Assembly: GCA_963720265.1 (NCBI GenBank)
Contig: CAVRET010000001.1
Span: forward strand, 133,916 to 197,915
Direction: 5' to 3'
Source: an uncultured bacterium
GTDB taxonomy: Bacteria > Patescibacteriota > Saccharimonadia > UBA4664
Length of the DNA stretch: 64,000 bases
Positions 45,622 through 54,558 of the stretch are shown piece by piece; the first letter of the stretch is position 1, and each line of letters begins with the position of its first letter. A model generated the notes under the pieces. The model saw only the letters and a program-made list of their open reading frames with translations, did not search any database and had not been told where the DNA came from. A program made the position numbers and the translations under genes.

Positions 45622-46278
45622 ATGCTGCAGCTAAGGAGAAATCTGACCTTGGACGGGCTGAACGCTGCAACGTTGATCGACATATTCCTGCTATTGCTTA
45701 TTGGGGTTGGGCCGAAGATCGCACTGGTCCCATATTTGGAAGTAACAGGGTCGATGAGCGCCGGCGAGAAGGCGCAAGTGGCGCGGAAGATGCTTAGGAC
45801 CGCGGCCACGGTGGCAGTGACGCTATTAGTGTTTGGTGGTATTCTGACCAGATTGTTGCATTTTTCGCACGCGGCCCTGTCGATTGCCGGTGGCATTATT
45901 TTGCTCATCATTGCAGTGTCGATGGTGCTGTCGCCGCCCGGCGGCAACGATCGCAATAAGCTAGGGGATAAAGACCCCATGACCCTAGCTGTATTTCCGT
46001 TGGCCGTGCCCTACTTGCTTAACCCGGCGGGCGTCGTGGCGCTAGTGGTGTTGTCGGCTGAGGCAAGCAGTGTGGTTATGTTTGCAGCCGTGGTGGCATT
46101 GCTTCTGGCGGTACTTGCGCTTGATGTTGTGGTTTTTCGGGTGGCGAACCGCGTTGGCAAGCACCTGGATGAGAGCCGCATGCTGGTAACTGAAAAAGTG
46201 TTTGGTTTTTTGCTGGCAGCATTGGCAGTGCAGCTTGTCATCGACGGCATCGTCCAGGTCGGCGACTTGATTCACTAA
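45622..46278 (+). CDS. MarC-family (UPF0056) integral membrane protein
   Basis: About 200 aa, 6 TM helices, typical MarC pattern. Alternative TTG start at 45649 after AAGGAG. Confidence 0.55.
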   Translation: MLQLRRNLTLDGLNAATLIDIFLLLLIGVGPKIALVPYLEVTGSMSAGEKAQVARKMLRTAATVAVTLLVFGGILTRLLHFSHAALSIAGGIILLIIAVSMVLSPPGGNDRNKLGDKDPMTLAVFPLAVPYLLNPAGVVALVVLSAEASSVVMFAAVVALLLAVLALDVVVFRVANRVGKHLDESRMLVTEKVFGFLLAALAVQLVIDGIVQVGDLIH

Positions 46279-46491
46279 GAACTTGAGATCTTGCTTATGC
46301 TTGCCAATGGACTGCATACTACAGGAGGGCTGGCAAAGATGCCGTGCCTTACCTAGTGTGCTGCCATCCAAACGATTGCTACGCTGGTGCAGCAGCTGAC
46401 TGAGGCGGAAGTGGAGGCGAGCACTTCGACTAGTGCAAAACTGACCGATATGCTAACGCCAACATCGCAAACGAAATAACAGGAGCATAAT

Positions 46492-48330
46492 TTGCCGATT
46501 ATTGATGGAATTCGTAAACCTGGGGAGCCGGGAGCCAAGGCCATTGCGGCCGGTTCTTTGCACAACCAGGACTTGCAGCCGATCGTGCGGCCGCTGCCTG
46601 GGGCCACCGGCACCGAAACCCACGCCGATGTGGCCGGCGACAGCGAGGTAACGTCGTTTCGGGATCTGCACCCGCGGCGCAAGACCATCACCATGGTGGG
46701 GGTAATACTGGCCATGCTGCTAGCTGCACTCGACCAAACCATCGTGGGCACAGCCCTACCGCGGATCGTGCGCGAACTCGGCGGCGCCAATCACCTGACC
46801 TGGGTCGTGACAGCGTACATGCTCGCCTCCACGGTGACGGTGCCGATTTACGGCAAACTATCTGACCTATACGGCCGTAAATGGTTTTTCTTTGGCGGCA
46901 TTGTGGCGTTTTTGGCTGGCTCGATTATGTGCGGGTTTTCGCACAACATGACCGAGCTGGTGGCATTCCGGGCCTTCCAGGGCATCGGCGGCGGTGCGAT
47001 TATGGGCAATGCGTTTGCCATTATCGGCGACTTGTTCGAACCGGCCGAGCGGGCGCGCTGGCAAGGCGTGCTCGGTGGCGTGTTTGGCCTGGCGTCGGTG
47101 ATTGGTCCGGCATTGGGTGGTTTCCTCACTGACCATGCTTCGTGGCGCTGGGTGTTCTTTATTAATCTGCCGCTTGGTATTGTGGCGCTGGCCTTTATTG
47201 GTTTCCTGATGCCAAAAGTGACATCGACGATCAAGGACAAGGTAATCGATTACTGGGGCGCCGGTTTGATTGTGACCACACTCGTGCCGCTTCTGTTGGC
47301 GCTGTCGTGGGGTGGCAGTCAGTACGCTTGGGATTCGGGCATCATTATCGCGATGTTCATGATATCAGTCGTGTCGCTGGCCGGCTTTGTGTGGGCTGAG
47401 CATACCTCTAAGGAGCCAATTATGCCGCTGGAGCTGTTTAAGAACTCAATCTTCACAACCTCGGCGATTATTACCTTCTTAACCGGCGCGATCATGTTTG
47501 GTGCCATCATTTACATCCCGCTGTTTGGACAGTTGGTGCAAGGGATTTCGGCAACTGATTCCGGCACGATTTTGACCCCGCTCATGATCGGGCTGATTGG
47601 GGCTTCGGTGGTGTCGGGGCAAGTAATTGCTCGCACTGGCAAGTATCGGTTCGTGGCCATTTTCGGCGCAGCGCTGTTGGCTGTAAGCCTGTTGTGGCTG
47701 AGTTATATCACGGCCGGAATGACGCATATCACCCTCATCGAAGAAATGGTAGTGCTGGGCCTAAGCTTGGGGCTGATGATGCCAGTGTTCAATGTGGCGG
47801 TCCAAAATGCTTTTGATAAGAGCAAGATCGGTGTCGTGACTGCTTCAACCCAGCTGTTTAGGAGCGTTGGCGGTACGGTCGGCACGGCTGTACTGGGTGC
47901 CGTCTTTAACAACGCGTTGGTGCAAAATTCGGCGCCTTTGCAAAATACTCTGTACGGTCAGACGCTGACTGCACATGGGCAGAGCGTTACCAACGCAAAC
48001 GTGCTTGAGGGGTTGCTGTCGCCGCAAGGTCAGGCTCAGGTGCAGCAGGCCATTGCTGCGATGCCGGCGGTCCTGCAAGACGCATCACGGCAGGCGTTTG
48101 CGGAATTTTTGGCCCAGGCGAAGACGGCGTTTACGACCTCAATTGCGCATTTGTTTCTGATTTGTGCAGTCGTTGCGGCTGTGTCGCTGGTCGTAACGCT
48201 ATTTCTCAAGGAGATTCCGCTGACATCGACTCAGCCCAAACCAAAGCGAGATGCCGAGACGTTAGCCGGCGATGAGCTGGCGGTTGGGCTTGGCCAGGCT
48301 GAGCCAAGGGACGAGCCGATTTTGACCTAG
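46492..48330 (+). CDS. MFS transporter, DHA2 (14-TM drug:H+ antiporter, EmrB/QacA) family
   Basis: TTG start after AGGAG. 14 hydrophobic segments and MFS motifs (GKLSDLYGRK). Confidence 0.8.
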   Translation: MPIIDGIRKPGEPGAKAIAAGSLHNQDLQPIVRPLPGATGTETHADVAGDSEVTSFRDLHPRRKTITMVGVILAMLLAALDQTIVGTALPRIVRELGGANHLTWVVTAYMLASTVTVPIYGKLSDLYGRKWFFFGGIVAFLAGSIMCGFSHNMTELVAFRAFQGIGGGAIMGNAFAIIGDLFEPAERARWQGVLGGVFGLASVIGPALGGFLTDHASWRWVFFINLPLGIVALAFIGFLMPKVTSTIKDKVIDYWGAGLIVTTLVPLLLALSWGGSQYAWDSGIIIAMFMISVVSLAGFVWAEHTSKEPIMPLELFKNSIFTTSAIITFLTGAIMFGAIIYIPLFGQLVQGISATDSGTILTPLMIGLIGASVVSGQVIARTGKYRFVAIFGAALLAVSLLWLSYITAGMTHITLIEEMVVLGLSLGLMMPVFNVAVQNAFDKSKIGVVTASTQLFRSVGGTVGTAVLGAVFNNALVQNSAPLQNTLYGQTLTAHGQSVTNANVLEGLLSPQGQAQVQQAIAAMPAVLQDASRQAFAEFLAQAKTAFTTSIAHLFLICAVVAAVSLVVTLFLKEIPLTSTQPKPKRDAETLAGDELAVGLGQAEPRDEPILT

Positions 48331-48375
48331 GTGCGTTTATCGCGCAGCGGGCGAAATGTATTATGCTTATGGCAA

Positions 48376-48651
48376 ATGACTGAGCCGAAGCGAAAATTGG
48401 ATAGTGCGCTGCACCGACTGGTGCTGGCCGTGGCAATTGCTGAGCCGCTCATGACGATACCGCAGATTTATCAGATCTGGTCGACGCACACTGCGGCCGG
48501 CGTATCGCTGGTGACCTGGTTTTGTTATATCTCGGCGTCCGTGGTCTGGATTGCATATAGCGTGAGAACCAAGGATGTGCCGCTGGCGGTTTCGAGTGTG
48601 CTGTGGTTTCTGACCGAGCTGCTTGTGATTATCGGCACCTTGAGGTACTAA
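48376..48651 (+). CDS. SemiSWEET / PQ-loop family small sugar transporter (3 TM)
   Basis: PQ motif (TIPQIYQIW) in TM1 and three TM helices in about 92 aa. Start ambiguous (GTG 48331 or ATG 48376). Confidence 0.5.
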   Translation: MTEPKRKLDSALHRLVLAVAIAEPLMTIPQIYQIWSTHTAAGVSLVTWFCYISASVVWIAYSVRTKDVPLAVSSVLWFLTELLVIIGTLRY

Positions 48652-48672
48652 AGCGCATGCTAGTATTAACGC

Positions 48673-48894
48673 ATGGCGAAAGATGCTCGTGCTCGGTCGG
48701 TCGTTAAATCGGTAACGTTTCGGGTCATTGTAGTTATTTCGGATTTGGTAGTGATTTTTTTGATTACCCACCGGGTAGATCAGACAATTGCGCTGACGAT
48801 TCTGACTAATATTGCGAGCACCGTGCTGTATTACCTGCATGAACGGGTGTGGAATGTGGTGAGCTGGGGGCGAATAAGCGGCCGCGCCAAATGA
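48673..48894 (+). CDS. DUF2061-like small membrane protein
   Basis: YYLHERVW motif and two TM helices in 73 aa. Confidence 0.45.
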   Translation: MAKDARARSVVKSVTFRVIVVISDLVVIFLITHRVDQTIALTILTNIASTVLYYLHERVWNVVSWGRISGRAK

Positions 48895-48947
48895 AAATCG
48901 GCTGCCGGACGCGGGTGTGCGTTCGGACAGCCGATTTTGGTCGGGCG

Positions 48948-51128
48948 CTAAGCGCGGGTAACGCTTGGCGCCTCAAATAGGACATGGTAGTAGCCGCCGG
49001 TGAAGAAGCCGGCGGGGCCGCCGTTTGCGAACTCGGCAGCGTACCTGGTGGTGTCGGCGAACCGTGCGGTGCGGCCGTTTAGCCCCACTGTGAACCGGCT
49101 GCCGCGCACCGTTAGTGATACCTTGAACGGGTGATTCGCTCCCAGCCACCCTGCGTTGCCGCCGGATATCCAGTGGGACTCCCCGCTGGACTCGGCAGCA
49201 TAGAGCTCCCATGTGCCATTCACGTTCACGTCAAGCTCGTAGCAGTGCGGCCGCGGTTGCCCTTGATGCTGGCACCGGACGAGCAGCCCGGCGGTTTGGC
49301 CGGGGCCCGAGAACACTATCTTCGACTGCACGGTCACGTTGCGCCACAAGGGCGCACTTGACCCCACAATCGTAAACGGTATCCGATGCGGTGGCGTCCG
49401 GAGCTTGGAGCCGGGCAACCAGAACACCGGGGTGCCCATCGCGACCTGCTCAATCGTGTTCCCGGATACGCACCGGAAACTGCCCTCCTGGTCGTCCAGG
49501 AGGTACGGTAGCCCGGTGGTCTTGCCGCATGACAGGCTATATGGCAATGGTTGCGGGGTGGCACCGCCGATGCTGTTGCTTTCCAGCACATCTTTTGTGC
49601 TCATGGTGGTGAACGTATAGACGTGGTTCGGCAGCAACACCATCGTGTCCGACGTGGCATCCTTTTGGTGGACAAACCAATTCGTTTGGTGCTTTGACGC
49701 AAGGTCCGTAGACCAGACGTGGATCGGTCCAGCCGGCAGGCCGCGCAACCTTATCGTCAGGTGCTGCGTGCGATGAGCGGTCGTGGTTTCGGCCACGACC
49801 GTCCAGTTGTGGGCATTCGGCGACCGGTAGGCCACCACTGACCCGCCGCCGTTTAGTGGCTTGGATGCGCCCGCCACGAACTGCCACCCCGGGTTGGTGA
49901 GCTCTGAAGTCTGCATCAACACGGGCAGGAGCGGAGATATGGTGTAATATCCGCTCCAGGGCCAATCGCATTTAATCGGGCCCCGGTCCTGGTGCGTTAG
50001 GACGAGCGGCATGCACACAGCGATCGGCCAGGTGATGACCGCCGACATGTGCCCTTCGATCCAGGCCAGGTTAATGGCCTGGGCCAAGGCGTCCGCACCA
50101 GCCTCGTTGGCCGGCAGCATCCCGATCTCCGATAGAAACACGGGTTTGCCGTGAGTGTCGGTGGCCGGTTGGCAGGAGTAGGCCTGAGAGTGCTTCCCGC
50201 AGGTGTCGTGGAAGCTCAGCGCGTAGACATCGCGCGTGAACTCCTTGGCCTCCGGGGTTTTGCCGTCCATGAGTCGCGAGATGATGCTCGGCTTGCCGTG
50301 GGCCGGAAGGAACGAGTCGGCCAGCACGATCTTCGTGTCTGCGAACCCCGCCTTGCGGAGTGCGTCGTGCAGCCAGATCGTCCACTGCATTCCCGGCAGG
50401 CCTTTTTGGCCCAGGCCGCTTTCGTTCCAGGCACCCACATAGGTGATGTGCTGGAGTCCGAGCTTGCGGGCACAGGTCAGCCAGTCGATAACGTAGTGCA
50501 CGTCGTCGCGCGTCCAGATCGACTGTCTGCCGTCGCCCACCCAGTGCGGCGCGCCCCACTGCAGGAAATAAAACTGCAGGCCGGGGTTGTAGCGCTGGGC
50601 CAGCTGGGCGATCTCGAGTTCGTAGCTGGCGTGGCAATCGATCTGCCCGCGGACGGGCTCAATGCTATCTTCGGAGGCGTCAGTGCCGTTTGTTCCGCCC
50701 CCCATCTCAATCTTCCAAATCTTTACAGACCTGGCGAGCAACCGGATAATCTGGTCCTGCTGGGCTTTCGGGTAAAACAATACCCGCGCCAACACACCAG
50801 CGCCGCCCGCGATTCCGCCGACGTCCTGGAAGATGCCGGCGGACCTCTTGCTCATCATGATGGATGTGCCAACGGACCGAACGGCAACCGCCGGATTGGC
50901 AGTGCCGGCGGCTCTGGCCGTGCCAGTGCTAGTGGTTTGGGCCGCGGAACTTGCAGGGTTCGCGGCTGCCCGAGCGAATGTGACGTTACTGTCGGTGGCG
51001 GATTCGTTCGACACTACTCGTGCAGTGACGGCGGCCGCGATCATTATCACGACGGCTATCGCTGCCGTGAGTGCCGGTACATGCCGGAGCAGACGGCTTG
51101 TAGCGCCGCTTGTGCGCGAACTTTGCAT
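48948..51128 (-). CDS. secreted clan GH-A glycoside hydrolase (GH30/GH59-like) with C-terminal beta-sandwich/lectin-like domains
   Basis: N-terminal anchor/signal, catalytic-region NE motif (GAWNESG), large C-terminal beta-rich region. 726 aa. Confidence 0.55.
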   Translation of the reverse strand: MQSSRTSGATSRLLRHVPALTAAIAVVIMIAAAVTARVVSNESATDSNVTFARAAANPASSAAQTTSTGTARAAGTANPAVAVRSVGTSIMMSKRSAGIFQDVGGIAGGAGVLARVLFYPKAQQDQIIRLLARSVKIWKIEMGGGTNGTDASEDSIEPVRGQIDCHASYELEIAQLAQRYNPGLQFYFLQWGAPHWVGDGRQSIWTRDDVHYVIDWLTCARKLGLQHITYVGAWNESGLGQKGLPGMQWTIWLHDALRKAGFADTKIVLADSFLPAHGKPSIISRLMDGKTPEAKEFTRDVYALSFHDTCGKHSQAYSCQPATDTHGKPVFLSEIGMLPANEAGADALAQAINLAWIEGHMSAVITWPIAVCMPLVLTHQDRGPIKCDWPWSGYYTISPLLPVLMQTSELTNPGWQFVAGASKPLNGGGSVVAYRSPNAHNWTVVAETTTAHRTQHLTIRLRGLPAGPIHVWSTDLASKHQTNWFVHQKDATSDTMVLLPNHVYTFTTMSTKDVLESNSIGGATPQPLPYSLSCGKTTGLPYLLDDQEGSFRCVSGNTIEQVAMGTPVFWLPGSKLRTPPHRIPFTIVGSSAPLWRNVTVQSKIVFSGPGQTAGLLVRCQHQGQPRPHCYELDVNVNGTWELYAAESSGESHWISGGNAGWLGANHPFKVSLTVRGSRFTVGLNGRTARFADTTRYAAEFANGGPAGFFTGGYYHVLFEAPSVTRA

Positions 51129-51187
51129 CGCGCTTTCACTCCCCTCTTGCCAAATTGAAAGGACTTACGTTACATCTTCTTTGTATG

Positions 51188-51250
51188 CTGTACAGTATAT
51201 GAAAATATAATATTTTGACCAATTAGTCAAGGCTTGACTATTGATTTCGG
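51188..51250 (-). promoter_or_regulatory. promoter/operator region of the GH gene: palindrome CTGTACAG and array of TTGAC half-sites (TTGACCAATTAGTCAA, TTGACTA)
   Basis: Palindromes read directly. Minus-strand TTGACT and TATATT-like hexamers lie upstream of the CTGTACAG palindrome. Confidence 0.35.
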
Positions 51251-51275
51251 TTGGTTCAATGGCATTATTTCGCGC

Positions 51276-52157
51276 CTAAAAATCGTCGCGGCGGAGGAGC
51301 TGGTCGAGCCCTGCTGCGAGCTTGCCGGTGGACGGCTGCTCAGTAGGGCCAAGATTGGCTGAGAGCTCATGGATAAGCCAAGCACCGGTGGCAAGACCGG
51401 CCTGGTGGGCACGACGGTTTTGCAACCAAAGGGTCCCGAGCACGGCGAAAAATAGCGCCGGAATGAGGCTGAGCCGATAACTAATGGGCGTAACGATGAG
51501 CTCAGTGTCGGCGGCCAAAATAATTTCTGCGCCATACACGGCGTACTCGCAGCGCGAGGCGGCTTTCAGATCCTGGATAATTTCGAGCTTGTTAATGAGC
51601 CCGGCGCCACGGCGAATGTTAATTGGGATGCCGAGGCGGCCGCAGAGCTTAAACACTTCGGTCATGGTGAGGATGATGAGCGCGTCCGGATTATCGGTGA
51701 TGGTGCGGGGATTGGTTGCGGTGGCGGTGAGGGCGTCGTCAAACGCGATGAGCGGCCGGTCAACTTCCTCTACCAGCCGCTCAATGAGCATGGCGGTGTC
51801 GGAATTGTTGGACAGGGAAGCGCCAATGGCAACAGCATCGGCCTCTTCGGATAGCTCGAGAATCCGCCCCAATGCCTCGCGGCCGAGTGCGCCGGAAGGA
51901 TTGGCGGCGGCAAAGCGGGTGCCGGGCGCGCCGCTTAATAGGCTTGCCAGCGTGTCCGGCAGGACCACGTTGCATTCCCCTATCCCGCTAGCAATTGCAA
52001 GTTGGTGAATCGCCGTGGGCAGGCTGAACTCCTTGGCATGACCGCCCACGAGCAGCATGCGACCGCCGGCCTGGCGGGTGACCGGCCGGTTAAATAGAAT
52101 GTTGGGGAACAACGGCGCGTCGTTTTGGGTTGTGAATTCGGGCGGATGCATGGGCAT
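51276..52157 (-). CDS. ribokinase-superfamily protein (YjeF-C/NAD(P)H-hydrate dehydratase-like or small-molecule kinase)
   Basis: LLVGGHAKEFSLPTA..ASGIGEC and a downstream Gly-rich anion hole resemble the YjeF C-terminal domain. Weak. Confidence 0.35.
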   Translation of the reverse strand: MPMHPPEFTTQNDAPLFPNILFNRPVTRQAGGRMLLVGGHAKEFSLPTAIHQLAIASGIGECNVVLPDTLASLLSGAPGTRFAAANPSGALGREALGRILELSEEADAVAIGASLSNNSDTAMLIERLVEEVDRPLIAFDDALTATATNPRTITDNPDALIILTMTEVFKLCGRLGIPINIRRGAGLINKLEIIQDLKAASRCEYAVYGAEIILAADTELIVTPISYRLSLIPALFFAVLGTLWLQNRRAHQAGLATGAWLIHELSANLGPTEQPSTGKLAAGLDQLLRRDDF

Positions 52158-52195
52158 CTATTATAGCAGTGTGGGGCCCCGAGGACCCCACAGGG

Positions 52196-52633
52196 TCATT
52201 CAGGGCCGGTGAGCCTTGCGGCGATGCTTGGAGGCAAGAGTTCGCCGATTTGGTCGAGCGCTCCACGCATGGTAGTGATCGTGCAGCGTAGTTCTTTCCA
52301 GCGCCCGACGCTGCTACCGAACGCCTCTGCCGCAATAATTGGCCCGTTGAAACCTTGCTCGCGGAGGCTACTAACGAGCGCAACGGATCCAACTATGCCG
52401 GGGCCGACGATCATCAGTACGATCTGGGCCAACATGAGCGAGCTTGGACCGGTTCCGATTGCGGCGCGGACTTGGCCGACGCCTGGGAAGGTCCTGACGT
52501 CGACTTCGAGGCCGTTGACTTGGCATTGCCGCGCTCGCTCTGACCAGCTCGTGATGAACGTATCGCTTTCAGTCAGGAGTACGACTACGGCGGTCCTGTG
52601 ATTGCTGCTCGCCGAGCTTGGTGACTCTGGCAT
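52196..52633 (-). CDS. hypothetical protein
   Basis: 145-aa ORF. Possible receiver-like fold. Unassigned. Confidence 0.35.
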   Translation of the reverse strand: MPESPSSASSNHRTAVVVLLTESDTFITSWSERARQCQVNGLEVDVRTFPGVGQVRAAIGTGPSSLMLAQIVLMIVGPGIVGSVALVSSLREQGFNGPIIAAEAFGSSVGRWKELRCTITTMRGALDQIGELLPPSIAARLTGPE

Positions 52634-52796
52634 GAGATGGTCTCACCGTCTTTCCGATCGTGGCGACTTGCACCACGTATATGGATATGGCTCGTCGAGA
52701 CTATGGCATGGGTTTTGCGACTCTGTCAATAAGTCCACAAAGGCAACAGAACGCCCCGGCTAGAGGGCGTTCTGCGACGTTGTTCCGTGTTTTGCT

Positions 52797-53066
52797 TTAT
52801 CTAGTGATATCGCGATCTGTTTTGGTTTCGGCCGATTCGACCGGCTCGTACTCGAGTGCTTCGTCGTCATCAAACTCGGCGAAATCTAGCCGCTCGTAGT
52901 ATACGGGCGATTGAATGCCCATTTGGTGACGCTCGACGATTTCGTCGGCGACCTCGGGGTCGAACCCGAGGCGAATGATTTGTTGGACTTTGCTGACCGG
53001 ATCGGTGCCGGAGAATAAAATCTCCTCCAGACGCTGCTCCTGCCAGATGATGTCTCGTTCCCTCAT
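52797..53066 (-). CDS. small acidic hypothetical protein (89 aa)
   Basis: RBS GGTGGAGGGG upstream. 15-bp palindrome immediately upstream of the RBS. Confidence 0.45.
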   Translation of the reverse strand: MRERDIIWQEQRLEEILFSGTDPVSKVQQIIRLGFDPEVADEIVERHQMGIQSPVYYERLDFAEFDDDEALEYEPVESAETKTDRDITR

Positions 53067-53084
53067 CTTGGCCCCTCCACCTTA

Positions 53085-53099
53085 ATGCTTGGCAAGCAT
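53085..53099. promoter_or_regulatory. 15-bp perfect palindrome ATGCTTGGCAAGCAT (operator candidate)
   Basis: Read directly. Sits 5' of the RBS of the 89-aa gene. Confidence 0.35.
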
Positions 53100-53243
53100 A
53101 ATGGTTGGGGGTCGGTGCGCGCACTGGCGGGAGTTACAACTCGGGCCTGAAATTGGGCTGATGTTTTGGAAGGCGATCCCAGTTGTCCTCTGTCTAGCTA
53201 AATACGCCCGCTCTTTATCAATTCGAGCGGAATTAGCGGGCGC

Positions 53244-53594
53244 CTACGCTTCCTTAGAGACGGATCGCGCTGCCTCGAAATAATTGTGCGTAAATTCGGC
53301 AGCGATTTTGGGGTCGAACTCCTTGCACGTATAGATGTCCACGCTAAAAAACAGGCTTGGTTTTTCCCAAGCGTAAAAGTGGGCACCCGAGGTCTCCCAG
53401 TGAATCCAGCCCGCCCAGCCGAATTTATCGCTACGATGAGTAATTGGCTCAAGGAGTGTTTTCATCTTCAGCACACCGGATAATTGTGATAAATAATCTT
53501 TAATTTCATGGTCGGAGATAGCTTGGGCTGGGTAACCCTCAATTACTAGACGTTGTCGGCATATGTGCGGTGCTAAGTCTTCAAATGCATCCAC
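53244..53594 (-). CDS. S-adenosylmethionine decarboxylase proenzyme-like (SpeH/class 1b pyruvoyl enzyme family)
   Basis: IHWETSGAHFYAWEKPSLFFSVDIYTCKEFDP aligns with SpeH [29 protein letters not shown]. Confidence 0.55.
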   Translation of the reverse strand: MDAFEDLAPHICRQRLVIEGYPAQAISDHEIKDYLSQLSGVLKMKTLLEPITHRSDKFGWAGWIHWETSGAHFYAWEKPSLFFSVDIYTCKEFDPKIAAEFTHNYFEAARSVSKEA

Positions 53595-53608
53595 GATAAT
53601 ATCCTCCG

Positions 53609-54415
53609 TTATGTATTACAATTGTTAGCCATCATCATAACTTCGACACGATCATGAGGAAAAGCATAAGCGTGACTCGTCGTCAACCACGCTGCCGGAA
53701 TTAGCTTTGGCAGCGTGGTTGACGGTTGAACTGGTAACTTGGCAGCTTTGTCTGCGATCGGCCAGTGGCGGGCCATCTGGTCGGCTATGATCACTCCCAG
53801 GCTCATGGTCAAGAGCGACGCCGGATACATGAACTCCGGCCACGGGCCATTATAGACCTGGCAGTAGATAGCCAGCGCGCTTCCTGCTGCATTGAAGCTC
53901 CAGGCGTACCACGGTTCGGTCTTGGGCTCGAGGCGAGCTTGCCCGATGGTCGGGCCGGCCGCCATCCAGTCCACTATTAGACACATGGCTACGGAAAAGA
54001 CCGCGATCCGACTCTCGACCCAAAACAGCGCTAGAGCCGCCACGGCGATGGCGGTGCCAATTATCTCATTTCGCTCCATCAACTGCGACCAGTAGCCGCC
54101 GCCGGGCATGAGTTCGCGCCAGCCTTTGGGCTTGAGTCGGCCCTTTCCGTACCGAAATGTGAGTACGAAGATAAGGGTAATCCCGATTTGCTCACTTATC
54201 AGCAGCGGCACCCCATCGAATGAACCGATGTACAGCTGGTATGACAGGTAGGTCACGCCCAGCAGGCACCAGAGAAACCACGCGAAGCGCAATGGTTTTT
54301 TAGTATTAGGTGACTTCAGCGCGCGCCAAGTGAACCAGGCGTACAGGAGGAGTCCCGTGATGTTTAGCGCACCGGAGACCCAGTTCAGTTGCGATTGAAA
54401 CGGAAGGCTGTGCAT
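53609..54415 (-). CDS. hypothetical polytopic membrane protein
   Basis: 268 aa with about 7 hydrophobic helices. Confidence 0.5.
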   Translation of the reverse strand: MHSLPFQSQLNWVSGALNITGLLLYAWFTWRALKSPNTKKPLRFAWFLWCLLGVTYLSYQLYIGSFDGVPLLISEQIGITLIFVLTFRYGKGRLKPKGWRELMPGGGYWSQLMERNEIIGTAIAVAALALFWVESRIAVFSVAMCLIVDWMAAGPTIGQARLEPKTEPWYAWSFNAAGSALAIYCQVYNGPWPEFMYPASLLTMSLGVIIADQMARHWPIADKAAKLPVQPSTTLPKLIPAAWLTTSHAYAFPHDRVEVMMMANNCNT

Positions 54416-54558
54416 ATTACCCTTCTCGACGTTCGGTTGTTAGCCACCAGATGGAACAACGCCTATAGTCAGCGTCGGCATGATAGTAGGTTTATGGTGC
54501 TAAAAAATCAATACCAGTACCCGGGCGGCGAAGCGGGACGATATGCCATAATGGCTGC

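Noticed and set aside
45549-45980. N-terminal 144 codons of the 689-aa GT-C ORF overlapping MarC
   Set aside because: The low-complexity antisense extension overlaps the MarC gene by 358 bp. Start moved to ATG 45548 (MQTSLARG), which precedes the first TM helix.
50151-51158. 335-aa plus-strand ORF antisense to the glycoside hydrolase
   Set aside because: The opposite strand encodes a long protein with a signal anchor and GH motifs. This frame is Arg/Gly/Ala-rich shadow.
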